Shown: positions 1 through 12,113 of the stretch, in pieces
Layout of the letters: each line of letters opens with the position of its first letter
Numbering within the stretch: position 1 is the stretch's first letter
Source of the DNA: Stegostoma tigrinum
Lineage: Eukaryota
Length of the DNA: 64,000 nucleotides
Assembly: GCF_030684315.1 (NCBI RefSeq)
Contig: NC_081361.1
Coordinates: forward strand, 16,295,861-16,359,860
Direction of reading: 5' to 3'
Translations under genes and position numbers: made by a program
The notes under the pieces: model-generated
Database searches by the model: none
What the model was told of the DNA's origin: nothing
Seen by the model: only the letters and a program-made list of their open reading frames with translations

Positions 1-650
1 GAGTTGATCCCCTGGCTTGATGATAATGGCTGAGCGGGGAATATGTCAGGCCACAAGGCTGTGGATTGTGCTGGAGTACAATTTTGATGCTGCTGATGGC
101 CCACAGTGCTTCATGGATGTCCTGACTCAAATTACCAAATCTATTCAAAGCCTACCCCATTCAGTACAGTCACTGTACCATACAGCAATATGGAGTGTCT
201 TTTTCAGTATGATAAAGGGGTTTTGTTCCCATAAAGACTAAGGCAGTGCTCCTTACTATCCCATATCCTTACTATCATGGGCAAATGGGGATTGGCATGT
301 GGTAACGTCTATTGATCAGATCTGGGGCTCCAGTTTGATTGTAGGCAACATATAAATCCTGTAGAACCAATGACAAGCTGAGTCAAGCAGGCTTATGTTG
401 CCATGTTGAATTTTATGCATGTTGAGCCTGTTTGGTGAGTTTGGGAAGACGGGAAGCTGAATATTAATGTGGTAAGCTGTGCCATAAACGAAGTAGTTAA
501 CAAGCAATAAACAACATCAATTGGCATCTCACTGCCATGCCACTTGTGAAAAGCATAAAGGATGGCACAACATGCTTCCAACACTGAGATAGGCATCATG
601 AGACTTCTTGTCCAATTCTCACGCACATTTAGCCACAACCTCATGACTCA
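1..650 (-). mobile_element. Degenerate non-LTR retrotransposon (CR1/L2-group) endonuclease-region fragment
   Basis: Resembles the APE-endonuclease region of a shark LINE on the minus strand; no intact ORF; recognition only. Confidence 0.45.
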
Positions 651-1344
651 GACCCTTGGATGGTTCTGCCCTTGCTGTCTGTTTTTACTGAGAAAAATCC
701 AAGAAAGCTCCTAGAACTGGAAATACGCGCAGCTAGGGAATTTGAGGAGTTGAAGGAAATTAATGTCCGTGAGATCATTGTGCTGGAGAAATTCATGAAG
801 CTGAAAGTTGATAAATCCCCAGCACCTGAAACGTTACATCTTATTGTTGATTAACAATAACTGTATCTTCTACAGAGATAGTTGATGCATTGGTTATTAT
901 CTTCCAAAATTGCCGAGATTCTGAAATGATTCTGCAGATTGGAAGCTATCAAATGTCACATGACTATTTATGAAGGGAGTGAGGAAATAAACAAGAAACT
1001 ATCATCTGTTAGCCTAATGTCTGTAGTTGGGAAATGTGAGAATCTATAGAGAAGGTGTGATAAATAGAAAATTGGATAATAATAACCTGAATGGACATAT
1101 TGTGGATTTGAAAATGGAAAATCATGCTTTGATGAACTTGTTGGAGTATGTTGAAGAAGTTGCTTGCAAAATTGGTTAACGGGAGCTGATAGACATGGTA
1201 TGATTAGATTTTCTCAAAACTTTTGATTAAATTCACCCCACGGATGGCTGTTTAGAAAAATTAAAGCATGTGAGATGGGGGTAATACACAGACATGAATT
1301 AATATTTGGCTAACAGCCAGGAACCTGAAAGCAGGAATAAGAAG

Positions 1345-1688
1345 GGTGAGGTGATGGCCTTGTGGTGTTATCACTAGTCTATCAATCCAGAGACCCAGGT
1401 AATGCCTTGGGGACCCAGGTTTGAATCCTGCCATGGTAGATAGTAGAATTTGACTTCAATAAAAAAATCTGGAACTCATGGTGACCATGAATCCATTGTT
1501 GATTGCTCGCAAAATGCATCTGATTACCTAATGTGCTTTAGGGAAGGTAACTGCCATCCTTACTTGGACTGCCCTATATCTCATTCTAGACCCACAGCAA
1601 TGTGGTTGACTTTTAAACTGCCTCTGGGCAATTAGACCATAAATGCTGGCCTGGCCAGTGATGTCAATGTTTCATGGCTGAATAAAGA
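1345..1688 (+). mobile_element. tRNA-headed SINE with LINE-derived 3' tail
   Basis: A-box tggccttgtgg, B-box ggtttgaatcc, tail ataaatgctggcctggccagtgatg..gaataaag; related copies at 27490 and 30722. Confidence 0.75.
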
Positions 1689-1789
1689 ACAATGTGTAAG
1701 AATTCTCATATTCACAAGCTGCGACTAGTGAGGTACTGCAAGGATCTGTACTTGTTCACAATCTATTTTGATAGTTTGGGTGCAGGGAC

Positions 1790-1992
1790 TGAAATAACTC
1801 TTTTAAGATGGCAACTCATCAACAATCATTTAGAAATGCTCCTCACTGAGTCAGCCATTCAATGAGTGGCAACATCCCTGGTATTCATATTTTTATGTCA
1901 GCCAAGGCTCCCTGATTAGACCAGATTAACAGCTCCAATCTGAGGACTCATATTCTGATGCCCAGATGGCTGACCTCGTTAGAATCACTACA
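1790..1992 (-). mobile_element. Short solo-LTR-like element, copy 1
   Basis: Reverse complement reads TGTAGTG...GTTATTTCA; flanks GGGAC/GGGGC; similar to copies at 20193 and 26146. Confidence 0.65.
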
Positions 1993-2475
1993 GGGGCCAA
2001 ATGTAATATTTCAAAATTTGTAAATGACACAAAGCTAAGTGTTACACCTTGAGCAAGATGTAATGTAGCTCTGCGACAGGCTGAGAAGTAGGCTGGAATA
2101 TGACAAATTGAATACAAAATGGAAAAATAAGAGGTTATCCACTTTGGTAGGAGGAACTGATATGCAGATTATTTCTTCAATTGTATGGGGATGCAAAGTG
2201 TAGATGTAGAAATGTGCCTGGTTGTCCTTGTCGATCAGTCACTGAGGATAACATGCAGGCACAGCAATTATTAAGAAACCTAATGGAATGATGGCCTTTA
2301 TCACAAGAAGATTTGAGTACTAGAGTAATAAAGTCCTCCATAAATTTTATAAGAACTTGGTAAGACCTCACCTGAAATGTCCTGCGTGCAAACAATATAA
2401 TATCACAAACAATGTATTATTGCCACAGGTATAGTGTGCTGAAGAGTCACCAGAATTGTTCACAAGATGGCAGAA

Positions 2476-2832
2476 TATAGAACATAGAACAGTACAGCAC
2501 AGTACAGGCCCTTCGGCCCACGATGTTTTGTCGAACTCTTACCCTAATCGTAAGGTCTATCTAACCTCCACACCAACCTTACACTAACATCCATATGCCT
2601 ATCGAAGAACTGCTTAAATGCCCTAATAAGGCCAACTCCACTTGCCTCTCTGGCAATGCAGTCCATGCCCCAACCACTCTCTAAGTAAAGAACCTACCTC
2701 TGACGTCCCCCCATATCTACGTCCACTCACTTTAAAATTATGCCCCCTTGTAATAGTTACCTCCACCCTAGGAAAAAGCCTCTGGCTGTCTACCTCTGGT
2801 CATTTTGTACACCTCTGTCAAGCCAACATACA
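2476..2832 (-). mobile_element. CR1 LINE 3' end
   Basis: tagaacatagaacagtacagcacagtacaggcccttcggccca tandem-repeat tail and 3'UTR hairpin. Confidence 0.8.
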
Positions 2833-2983
2833 TCTATCAAGTCAGGACTGTTGAACAAAAGAGATTAGGTAAACCAGGCCTGTATTCTGAGATAATGGGA
2901 ACTGCAGATGCTGGAGATTCCAAGATAATAAAATGTGAGGCTGGATGAACACAGCAGGCCAAGCAGCATCTCAGGAGCACAAA

Positions 2984-3018
2984 AGCTGACGTTTCGGGCC
3001 TAGACCCTTCATCAGAGA
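2984..3018 (-). ncRNA. Minimal type-I hammerhead ribozyme motif in pLTR
   Basis: Reverse complement of CTGATGA-agggtctaggccc-GAAA-CGTC-agct. Confidence 0.75.
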
Positions 3019-3702
3019 GGGGGATGGGGGGAGGGAACTGGAATAAATAGGGAGAGAGGGGGAGGCGGACCGAAGATGGAGAGTAAAGAAGATAGGTGGA
3101 GAGGGTGTAGGTGGGGAGGTAGGGAGGGGATAGGTCAGTCCAGGGAAGACGGACAGGTCAAGGAGGTGGGATGAGGTTAGTAGGTAGCTGGGGGTGCGGC
3201 TTGGGGTGGGAGGAAGGGATGGGTGAGAGGAAGAACCGGTTCGGGAGGCAGAGACAGGTTGGACTGGTTTTGGGATGCAGTGGGTGGGGGGGAAGAGCTG
3301 GGCTGGTTGTGTGGTGCAGTGGGGGGAGGGGATGAACTGGGCTGGAAAATCCCCTTCCCCCACTGCATCCCTCAACCAGCCCAGTTCATCCCCTCCCCCC
3401 ACTGCACCACACAACCAGCCCAGCTCTTCCCCCCCACCCACTGCATCCCAAAACCAGTCCAACCTGTCTCTGCCTCCCGAACCGGTTCTTCCTCTCACCC
3501 ATCCCTTCCTCCCACCCCAAGCCGCACCCCCAGCTACCTACTAACCTCATCCCACCTCCTTGACCTGTCCGTCTTCCCTGGACTGACCTATCCCCTCCCT
3601 ACCTCCCCACCTACACCCTCTCCACCTATCTTCTTTACTCTCCATCTTCGGTCCGCCTCCCCCTCTCTCCCTATTTATTCCAGTTCCCTCCCCCCATCCC
3701 CC

Positions 3703-3737
3703 TCTCTGATGAAGGGTCTAGGCCCGAAACGTCAGCT
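3703..3737 (+). ncRNA. Minimal type-I hammerhead ribozyme motif in inverted pLTR
   Basis: CTGATGA 3706-3712, stem II gggt-ctag-gccc, GAAA 3726-3729, palindromic ACGT stem III, GTC triplet 3731-3733; stem I only about 2 bp. Confidence 0.75.
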
Positions 3738-3852
3738 TTTGTGCTCCTGAGATGCTGCTTGGCCTGCTGTGTTCATCCAGCCTCACATTTTATTATCCAG
3801 GCCTGTATTCTTTCCAGTTTTGAAGAATGAAAGGTGATCTCATTAAAGCTTC

Positions 3853-4449
3853 TCTGGAAACGTCTCTGGAAACTCCTGTGGCAAGATGGCAACACAGTAA
3901 AACACTCCTACCAGAGCTCCTCTGCCCTGCCCATTCTTTTTGCTTTCTTTTTCTTTATTTCCTCTCTTTATTTTCACCCTTCCTGTGTTTTTTTTCTTCA
4001 GCTAATGACTTTGACATACCCGGAGAGGAATGGAAGAGTTGACGAGCCCTGGAGACTAATCCCAGAGCAGAGGTTGACGAGGGGAAGCAGGTCTGGAGAA
4101 AACTTAGCTTAGAACAGGAGAGAGCCGGTGGGGAGCAGACTAGAGGCTTGGAGTGGGACACCCCCCCACAAATTCTCAGCTACTGCACTGTAATGTTTAT
4201 GAGTAATTAGTTTGTATGACTGTAATGACTAGCCTTTTAACTGCCTTCCCTCTAACTTATTTTATGAATCACTGTAAATTAACACTTGACATTTTATTTT
4301 TATTTTCATCTTTTTGTATCTAAGATTTGTATCTAGGTTCATTGTACCTGAGATGGTACCATAAGAGGCAACATTGTAAACCTTTCTCTGTACTCCTGTA
4401 CATCTGTACTTGAGTATATGTCACAATGAAGGCGTTCTAATTCTAATTC
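3853..4449 (+). mobile_element. Non-coding ~600-bp retroposon with Rex1/Babar-like ends
   Basis: GGCAAGATGGC near the 5' end, 3' caatgaaggc(g/t)ttctaattctaattct tail; the CR1 host resumes directly after it. Confidence 0.5.
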
Positions 4450-4552
4450 TTCAAGAATACTTAAAGGGATGCACAGGGTAGATCCAAGTAAAATATTTCC
4501 CATGTTTGTGAAGTCAAAAACGTGACACTGGCACAATTTGAGAAGAAAAGAG

Positions 4553-4681
4553 CTCTCTGATGAAGGCTCTAGGTCTGAAAAGTCAGCTTTTGTGCTCCTG
4601 AGATGCTGCTTGGTCAGCTGTGTTTATCCAGCTTCACACTTTGTTATCTTGTATTCTCCAGCATCTGCAGTTCCCATTATC
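4553..4681 (+). mobile_element. Mini-PLE (family A), HHR to 3' tail
   Basis: Starts ctctCTGATGA, ends cccattatc; TSD TTTGAGAAGAAA(A)GAG 4537-4552 / 4682-4696. Confidence 0.9.
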
Positions 4682-4839
4682 TTTGAGAAGAAAGAGGTTG
4701 GTCTGAGACAAGTAGTAATATTTTATCCCTGAGGTTTGGGAAGCTTTTGAATTCTCTGCCACAAAATGATATGGAGGATGTTTTGCAAATGTTTTAGATA
4801 GAGATCGATAGGTTAATAATTACCAATGGCATACAAGGC

Positions 4840-5385
4840 CATAAGACCATAAGACATAGGAGTGGAAGTAAGGCCATTTGGCCCATCAAGTCCACTCCGC
4901 CATTAAATCATGGCTGATGGGCATTTCAACTCCACTTCCCTGCACTCTCCCCGTAGCCCTTGATTCCTTCTGAGATCAAGAATTTGTCGATCTCTGCCTT
5001 GAAGGCATCCAACGTCCCCGTCTCCACTGCACTCCGTGGCAATGAGTTCCACAAGCCCACCACTCTCTGGCTGAAGAAATGTCGTCTCATTTCAGTTTTA
5101 AATTTACCCCCTCTAATTTTAAGGCTGTGCCCACAGGTCCTAGTCTCCCCGCCTAACGGAAACAACTTCCTAGCGTCCACCCCTTCTAAGCCATACATTA
5201 TCTTGTAAGTTTCTGTTAGATCTCCCCTCAACCTTCTAAACTCTAATGAGTACAATCCCAGGATCCTTAGCCGTTCATCATACGTTAAACCTACCATTCC
5301 AGGGATCATCCGTGTGAATCTCCGCTGGACACGCTCCAGGGCTAGTATGCCCTTCCTGCGATGTGGGGCCCAAAATTGGACACAG
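4840..5385 (-). mobile_element. Young 5'-truncated CR1 LINE with open ORF2 C-terminus
   Basis: ORF 4926-5309 MIPGMVGLTYDERLRILGLYSLEFRRLRGDL...FFSQRVVGLWNSLP; (cataagac)n tail. Confidence 0.92.
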
Positions 5386-5705
5386 AGGTTAAAGGGGATG
5401 GGGCTGAGGTGACTCTTGTGTGCATGCTCCCTCAGAAAGTAAGCTCCAAGTCATTTTCAATTCCTTCCTGGAACAATTGAGAAAAAGAAATTTCCAAGCA
5501 ACACCCAGAAATCTAAGGTGCTCTTCCAACAAGCTCGCACAGCAAAACACCTCCCTCAACCCCTGTCACTTAAAATAAGCATTTTGGAAAATGTCCATTT
5601 TCTTTATCTTGGAAGCATCCTGTCAGTAAAAGCAGACATGAATAATGAAATTCATCACCACCTCCCAGCCAGCTCAGCCTTCAGTAAACTGCCGCCTCTT
5701 CATTT

Positions 5706-6021
5706 GGTGTGGCACAGTGGTTAGCATGGCTGCCTCACAGCTCCAGGGACCCGGGTTCGATTCCAGCATCAGGCGACTGTCTGTTTGGAGTTTGCACATT
5801 CTCCCCGTGTCTTCATGGGTTTCCTCCAAGTGCTCCAGTTTCTTCCCACACTCCAAAGATGTGCAGGCTAGGTGGGTTGGCCATGCCAAATTGCCAGAAA
5901 ATGTTCAGGGATGTGTAGATTAGATGGGTTATGGGGGGATGGGCCTGGGTAGGAAGCTCTGAGGTTTGGTGTGGACTTGTTGGGCCAAAAAGCCTGTTTC
6001 TACATGGTAGGGATTCTACGG
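5706..6021 (+). mobile_element. V-SINE (HE1-like)
   Basis: tRNA head ggcacagtggttagc..gggttcgattcc; V-domain tggagtttgcacattctccccgtgtc; CR1-type tail. Confidence 0.9.
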
Positions 6022-6427
6022 TATAAAGAGTATTTGAGAATAGCGATCACTGACCAAAGACTAACATCATGGTTTATACATCCACATGTTTCAGAGTCTT
6101 GAACAATCTGCAGCAGCTACTTCAAAACACAGGAGAAATACCTCTAGTGGTGTCCTTATAAAAGCCTCCAGACCTGATAAAAAAAAAGAGCAGCCCATCA
6201 ACAGAAAACTCTCCCAATCTGACCAGTGAATCGCTGAAAAACAATTCCAAAGGACTGGAACATGTCAGACAGCAGACTCCTGACGCAATTGCCCAACTCG
6301 GAATTTGACTGCGGAAGAAGACTTCCAGAAGAACAGCTGAACTGCTTTAGGGTTGGCCCCAAAGTATTCTTGAAGAAGTCAAACATTCCCAGTTAGTCAC
6401 GGTTTAAGACCAATCAAAATGGGAGGA

Positions 6428-6531
6428 ACCAAAACAAAGCTGCTGGAAAAGCTCAGCAGATCTGGCAGCATCTGTGGGGAGAAAACAGAGTTAATGTTTC
6501 AGGTCTGGTAACCCTTCCTCAGAACATTTCC
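6428..6531 (-). mobile_element. Mini-PLE (family C), tail-less, ending at HHR
   Basis: gctgctggaaaagctcagcag..gtttcaggtctggtaacccttcctcagaac; TSD TCAAAAT(G/A)GGAGGA 6414-6427 / 6532-6545. Confidence 0.8.
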
Positions 6532-7707
6532 TCAAAATAGGAGGAGGTTTATTTGGGAGGAAGCTGAACACAAGAAAGACTATGTTGGATGGGTGGAGAA
6601 GCAAGGTTGGAGCTTTGGAGGAAGTGTTCAAACCTCCAACTAAACCTATCTACTTGATTCTTAAAGATCCCCGTGCCCCGTATGTTAAAGATGCTGCAAA
6701 TTATGCATTGCCGTATCAGCCATCAAACCAGAGTGGAATCAAATCATACTCAATCTTGAGGGATTGCCTAAATGGTAGGAAGACTGTGTTAAAGAATTGA
6801 AATTCTTGCTGTGGCCAGTGCCATAATTATGATCTTGGGTCTTAGTGTGGTCAGTGGAGAATGCTACCTCTGAAAATCTCAGAATTCCCAGCTCATCTAG
6901 ATCAAATAATCTCTGAGGCAAGGAAAGTGGCACAAAACATATTGATGGAAACAAAAACGTGGAAAATTACTCCTGAACCATCTTAAACAATCAAAACTAG
7001 TCCAGGAAATCACATTGCCTATGGTATATTTCACAAGACTGCCATGTCTGATGTTACCCAAAAACAGCCTCAGCTTTAGTTGAACAAACAGAAGAGTGCT
7101 ACGCAATATCAACAGACCTCCAATAAACATCCATAGGATATTTTAATGCCATGTTACGCATGTCCTAGTTTCTCTTGTTTTGACGGATAACATAAGCATT
7201 GCTGCGTAAGGTAAAACCACTCTATGGATGCAAAAATGCACATTGTTTATCTATCCGAGAACTTTTCCTGTGAGTACATTCTGGAATGCTGTCTGCCCTA
7301 GGATATTGCTTCACCAGCCCGGTTATGGATCTTTGGTTATAGAATTACAATAAAATATGGCACATATACCACAGGGATCGCTCCTGCTCCGTAAACCATG
7401 TCTTTAATTGTGGGTTTGATATCTTGGTTGTCAAATATTCATATCCCTCACTCGGCTGACAGGTGAGCTGTGATGTTGAAAGTGATGATTAATTTCAAGA
7501 CTACAGGTATCATTGTCAAGAGGAGCTCACAAACTACAGAAAAGCGCTGCATTTTCCCAGGATCTCACTGTTGATCTGGATCAATGGGGAATGGCATGGG
7601 TGAAATGAAGTCTTCTTGTGTTCAAGCACTCCTGAAGTCAAGGAAGATAGGACAGCATTTGTAAAGGGAGCTTTACAATTGGAGGAGGACTTCACCTTTT
7701 CAAGCCA

Positions 7708-7815
7708 TATAGTCATAGAGATGCACAGCACGGAAGCAGACCATTTGTTCCAACTCGTCCATGCTGACCAGATATCCTAAATAAATCGAGTCCCGTTTGC
7801 CAGCATTTGGCCCAA
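7708..7815 (-). mobile_element. CR1 3'UTR fragment
   Basis: catagagatgcacagcacggaagcagacc..gccagcatttggccc. Confidence 0.75.
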
Positions 7816-10252
7816 TTTCTCATACTCTACAGGGCAAATGTCAATGATGATCTGGAATTCCATTTCTGGTGAGACCATACACAATGGCATCTGTATCATC
7901 TCTACTGAAACTCAATGATTGAGGTAGGAGCAACTTTGTTTTGGACTGAAAGTGTTATAGGTAGATTAGTTTCTTCTCTATATCTCTGTGCCTGAGGTGC
8001 GGTACAATATAACAATGAAGAAATGGAGGTGAAGTGAAGCTTGCTGCAGCCCTGTTTGGTTCCAGTTTTCAGTCAGATTGGACTTGTTGTGTTTTCCTTG
8101 CTGAGGATCCAGGTTTGCATATCATTGCAGAGCAGATAAAGGAAATTTTGACAACTTGCAGTCAGCAAACCACTGGCAAAGTATCATGAGTGGTTCCTTC
8201 ATGCTATCCTGTAAATCTATAGGAAAGAAAGTCGTTCCAACAGCAACATCCTCTGCCAAAACAACTTGCCAAGCATTTAGATGCTACTCACTCAAAAACT
8301 GCTCTAGTTGAGTGCAACATGCCATTCCCATGCCTAACATCAAGATTGCTGAAGTGCTGCCCTGTGCAGAACTTGGTTATGCTCAGGAGGTTCCCAGAAG
8401 GATACCTTTAGGAATGCTCTCAATGCATTTTGGCCCACTTTCTCATACACTTGTCCTGTAGTGTGTAAAAAGGTGGGCCAAATGCTGGCAAAATGGGGGT
8501 AGGTTTATTCAGGATATCTGATTGGCATGGGCGAGTTGGACCAAATGGTCTGTACTCACTGCTGACTCATGGGGGGCCAAATTGTAGAACGTTCATTTTG
8601 AAAGGAATTGCAGAGGCACAGTAAAGAACATTAAAAACCCTGTGACACATCACATTCTAACACACCCTCCAAATACCAAGTGCTCCACATGTGACAGAGT
8701 CTACAGATTGTACTGTGGCCTCACCAGCCATCTCAGAGCTCATCAGATCAGAGTGGAAGCAAGCCTTCCTTAACGCCAAGAGACTATCACCGAAGGAGCA
8801 GAATAAGACAATAGAAAACAAAGAGACTGTTCGCTCACTTATCTGTTTATCTGTTTCCCTTGTAGGATACATACATGTATAGCTTTTGATCTACCCATAT
8901 GCGTGGCATAACAGTTTTCAAATGCAAACACCATGAACCAAATAAGCCCCAAAATCTTTCGGAACTGAGAAAAAGCCAGACGCAATTAAATTCAGAAATC
9001 CTGCTGGTCGATCTCAATAATGTACAATGGGTTAAACTCGAGTTGAAGGTCAATAACTGGTTGGCTGGCACAGGCGACGGTTTAAGTTGTCAGATTGAGA
9101 AATCCTACAGTGCCCAAAAGACAGTGTAATTGCAGGGAGCTTGATGCATGTGGTGAAGGAATAACATTGGGAAGGACAGCTGAAGTACGGTGGAGATAAC
9201 CGAGAATTACAACACCATTCTGCTGCGTAATTAAAGTGCCCAACTGAAAGAAACAGAGGAGAGACATCTGTCAAGAAGTTTGACAAAGAGTTTAAAAGTT
9301 TCTCTGCTGTGTGAGCATGACAGACAGATTGCGAAACTCAGATTCAGCAGATCCTTATTGGGAATGACAGTGGCGTGATAGAACAGTTCTTAGTCATCTG
9401 ACTGTACCGGCATGCTGTTGGTCACCTGTTTTGAATGCTCATGCAGGGGGAGGGGCAGTTTAGAAACTGGTGAAGTTTATGCTGGCTTCTACTGAGGGGC
9501 ATTGAGCTTCCTAATAACTCAAGAGAGCTTGGCCTGCACCTCAGAAGGACAGGGAGCAAGGTTGCTGATCATGAAATATACAGAGCAAGTTTCTAGACAG
9601 CCCACATGCCTAGTTAAGTGAATAATATTATGTGATCTGATGGTATTGATGTACACCTGAATGCTCCCAATTTCCACAATGGTATTATACTTTATCAGTC
9701 ACTTCCAGAAGCAGAAATTGCAGCTCTGCCTTTCATTAAGCTCAAATATTTCTTTTTTTTTAATGAAATATTCAACTCGGCCAATTAACTGTGAATTTTA
9801 AATGGATCTTAAGATCCCTCAAGTGACTACCGTTAGTAATTTGGACTTGAACTTCAGTTTCCTTTCGATTGCAGTTATCCTATGTATGAAACTTTGAAGA
9901 GAAAATATTAATAAAGAGAAATGGAAATACTCAGTAGAGCAGGCCTTGTACCAGAGAGTAGATTTCCATTAGCACTTCACAGTCCAGGTGGAATTGACAT
10001 TGGTTCTCAAGCATATTGAGTTGCCTGAGACCTGAGATGAATGTTGTGACCACAGTTTGAGCATTAGAACATAAGAAAATATTAACAAACAAAAAAAACA
10101 TCGACCACCAGTTTCACTTGTAACACTTATTATGTGTATCTTGTCCTGCCTTGGGCTGAATAATTCCAGCATCTGGAAGTGATGATCCCTGAGGTAATAT
10201 TTCTAATGTGTGGACACCACTGTTCAGGGAAGCAAACATTTTCTCCTAAATT

Positions 10253-11040
10253 AAAACGAAAATAACTGTGGATGCTGTAAATCAGAAACAAAAATAAATG
10301 TTGCTGCGAAAGCTCAGCAGGTCGACTATCATCAATGAAGGGAAATCAGAATTAACATTTCAGGTCTGATGGCCTTTCCTCAGAACTGATAGTAGTTAGG
10401 CAATGTCAGTTTTATATGCGGAAGATAGGGTAGAGGGATGGGGTTAGGAGTAAACGATAGGTGTGGAGAGAGTCCAAATTGAGAGAAGAACAGTTGGACA
10501 GACAAAACAGTGGATAATGATCTTGCTGGGACGGTGAATAGATTTTAAGGAAGACTGTTAGTGACTAACAATAGGCAGTGCAAAATAGCAGACTATGTGA
10601 CAACAGGGCCCTGAGTGTGGGATAGGGGCTAGCACATGGGAGAGTTTAGGCCCTAAAATTATTGAACTCGATATTGAGTCCAGAAAGCTGCAGGGTACCC
10701 AAATGGAAAATGAGGTGATGTTCTTCCAACTTGCACTGAGCTTAACTGGAACAATGCAGCAAGCCTAAGACAGTGATGTTGGCCAGGGAACAGGGTGATA
10801 TATCAAAGTTGCTGGTAACTGGAAGATCAGGGTATATTTTGCAAACAGTATGTAGAAGTTCTGTAAAGTGGTCACCCAGTCTACACTTTCTTTTCCAGTG
10901 CAGAGGACACCACATTGAGCAGTGAATGTAGTGGACTAGATTGTGGGAAGTGCAGGTAAAGTACAGCTTCACCTGTTTGGGCCCTTGGGTATTGGGGGGG
11001 GGGGTGTGGGAAATGGGCAGGTGTTACACCTTTGGCAGTT
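10253..11040 (-). mobile_element. Degenerate PLE (family C) 3' part with GIY-YIG remnant
   Basis: ORF 10742-10972 FTCTSHNLVHYIHCS...KCRLGDHFTELL parallels the 62-kb GIY-YIG; HHR remnant at about 10350-10387. Confidence 0.85.
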
Positions 11041-11995
11041 CTTTCCTGTTGACTTTATCATGACTCACTGAGATAGCACACTTGAAATCAGGTCCTACTA
11101 TTCCAGGAGTCATTACAACATTGTTGTTGCTTAAAATAAATACCCAAAATCCCCAGCTCTCTGATGTTCCAACCTAGGTTCTGCATTAATGGGACCCATA
11201 GCTACAAAAATATCGTCCACAATATGTGTCAAATTCTTTGCTTTCCAAACATGTACACATCCTTCTGAATCTCTGGATTTTAATGCAGTTATTCCTCATT
11301 TCAGTCCACAGTTCTATAAAAAAGACACAAAAATGAAAAGGCACGGCCTTCACAATTTGCTCAGAGTTCAACCATGTTGGGAAGGAGACGATCATTCACC
11401 CCAGATGGCAGGATTTGTGAATGGAGGTTCCAGAACTTAGAAAGGTCAATATTCCCAAGATAAATAACAAACTGGAAATTGTGTGAACCTTGGAAATGCC
11501 ACTGTTGAAAATGAGATTTTACATGTTTTAATGCCAGCCAAGAAAATCAGGGAGAGATGTCATTTTGAATATTTAGTGAATATGAGATCATTGGGGAATA
11601 GTGTTTAAATTCAGAATAACTAGAGGTTTGTAGCTCACTTAGCTGGAGCAAAAAATTCCAATATCGTTAGACATAGCCCAATTGTGATGCAAGAACTAAT
11701 ACTGGGGACTCACATTTAATAACTTGTGTGAAATCTCAAAATGATCCAGTTGACATTGTCCGATAGTTTTGCAAGGAGTTTCAAACGTAACTTTCAAAAA
11801 TGTGCTGGTAACACAAAGAAGAGTAAGCTCTTTGCACATTTCTCCAGACCTTATGCCTTCCTATTAATTGTTGACTTTTTCCAATTTCAAGTTGTTTAAA
11901 GCATCATTCTCTTTCTCCCTAAACATCCTTCAATCACCTCCTTCAGGAAGTTCTCTGGTCTTAGAGAATGATGATTTCAAAATTGAAGATATCAT

Positions 11996-12113
11996 AGATA
12001 ATGGGAACTGCAGATGCTGGAGAATCCAAGATAACAAAGTGTGAAGCTGAATGAACACAGCAGGCCAAGCAGCATCTCTGGAGCACAAAAGCTGACGTTT
12101 CGGGCCGTGACCC
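11996..12113 (-). mobile_element. Mini-PLE (family A), truncated within HHR stem II
   Basis: agataatgggaactgcagatgctgg...gctgacgtttcgggccgtgaccc; no clear TSD. Confidence 0.9.

Larger units (their letters stand above)
2889..3796 (-). mobile_element. Penelope-like element (family A) fold-back insertion: 3' pLTR with tail plus inverted pLTR
   Basis: Inverted arms 2924-3345 and 3376-3797 (422 bp each), 30-bp spacer, 35-bp unpaired tail 2889-2923, 15-bp TSD CCAGGCCTGTATTCT (2874-2888 / 3797-3811). Confidence 0.95.
670..4839 (+). mobile_element. Old fragmented CR1 LINE ORF2 (RT to 3' end) hosting nested insertions
   Basis: CR1-type peptide remnants (LEKFMKLKVDKSPAP..LH at about 783-840; gtaagacctcacctgaaat at about 2360; GLYS..F.RMKGDLI at 3800-3846); colinear pieces resume after each insertion. 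Confidence 0.8.
5480..6620 (+). mobile_element. Degenerate RTE-clade LINE 3' part, interrupted by a V-SINE and a mini-PLE
   Basis: LENVHFLYLGSILSVKADMNNEIHHHL..ASSAFSKL resembles the RTE post-RT region. Confidence 0.7.

Noticed and set aside
2971-3750. Two near-identical 175-aa ORFs on opposite strands
   Set aside because: A by-product of the palindrome; low-complexity pLTR translation, not a gene pair.
2889-3796. DNA transposon or foldback element with long TIRs
   Set aside because: The arms are PLE pLTR sequence, the ends are asymmetric by 35 nt, and a 15-bp TSD fits retrotransposition.
5706-5770. tRNA genes
   Set aside because: The A/B boxes belong to SINE heads; no complete cloverleaf.
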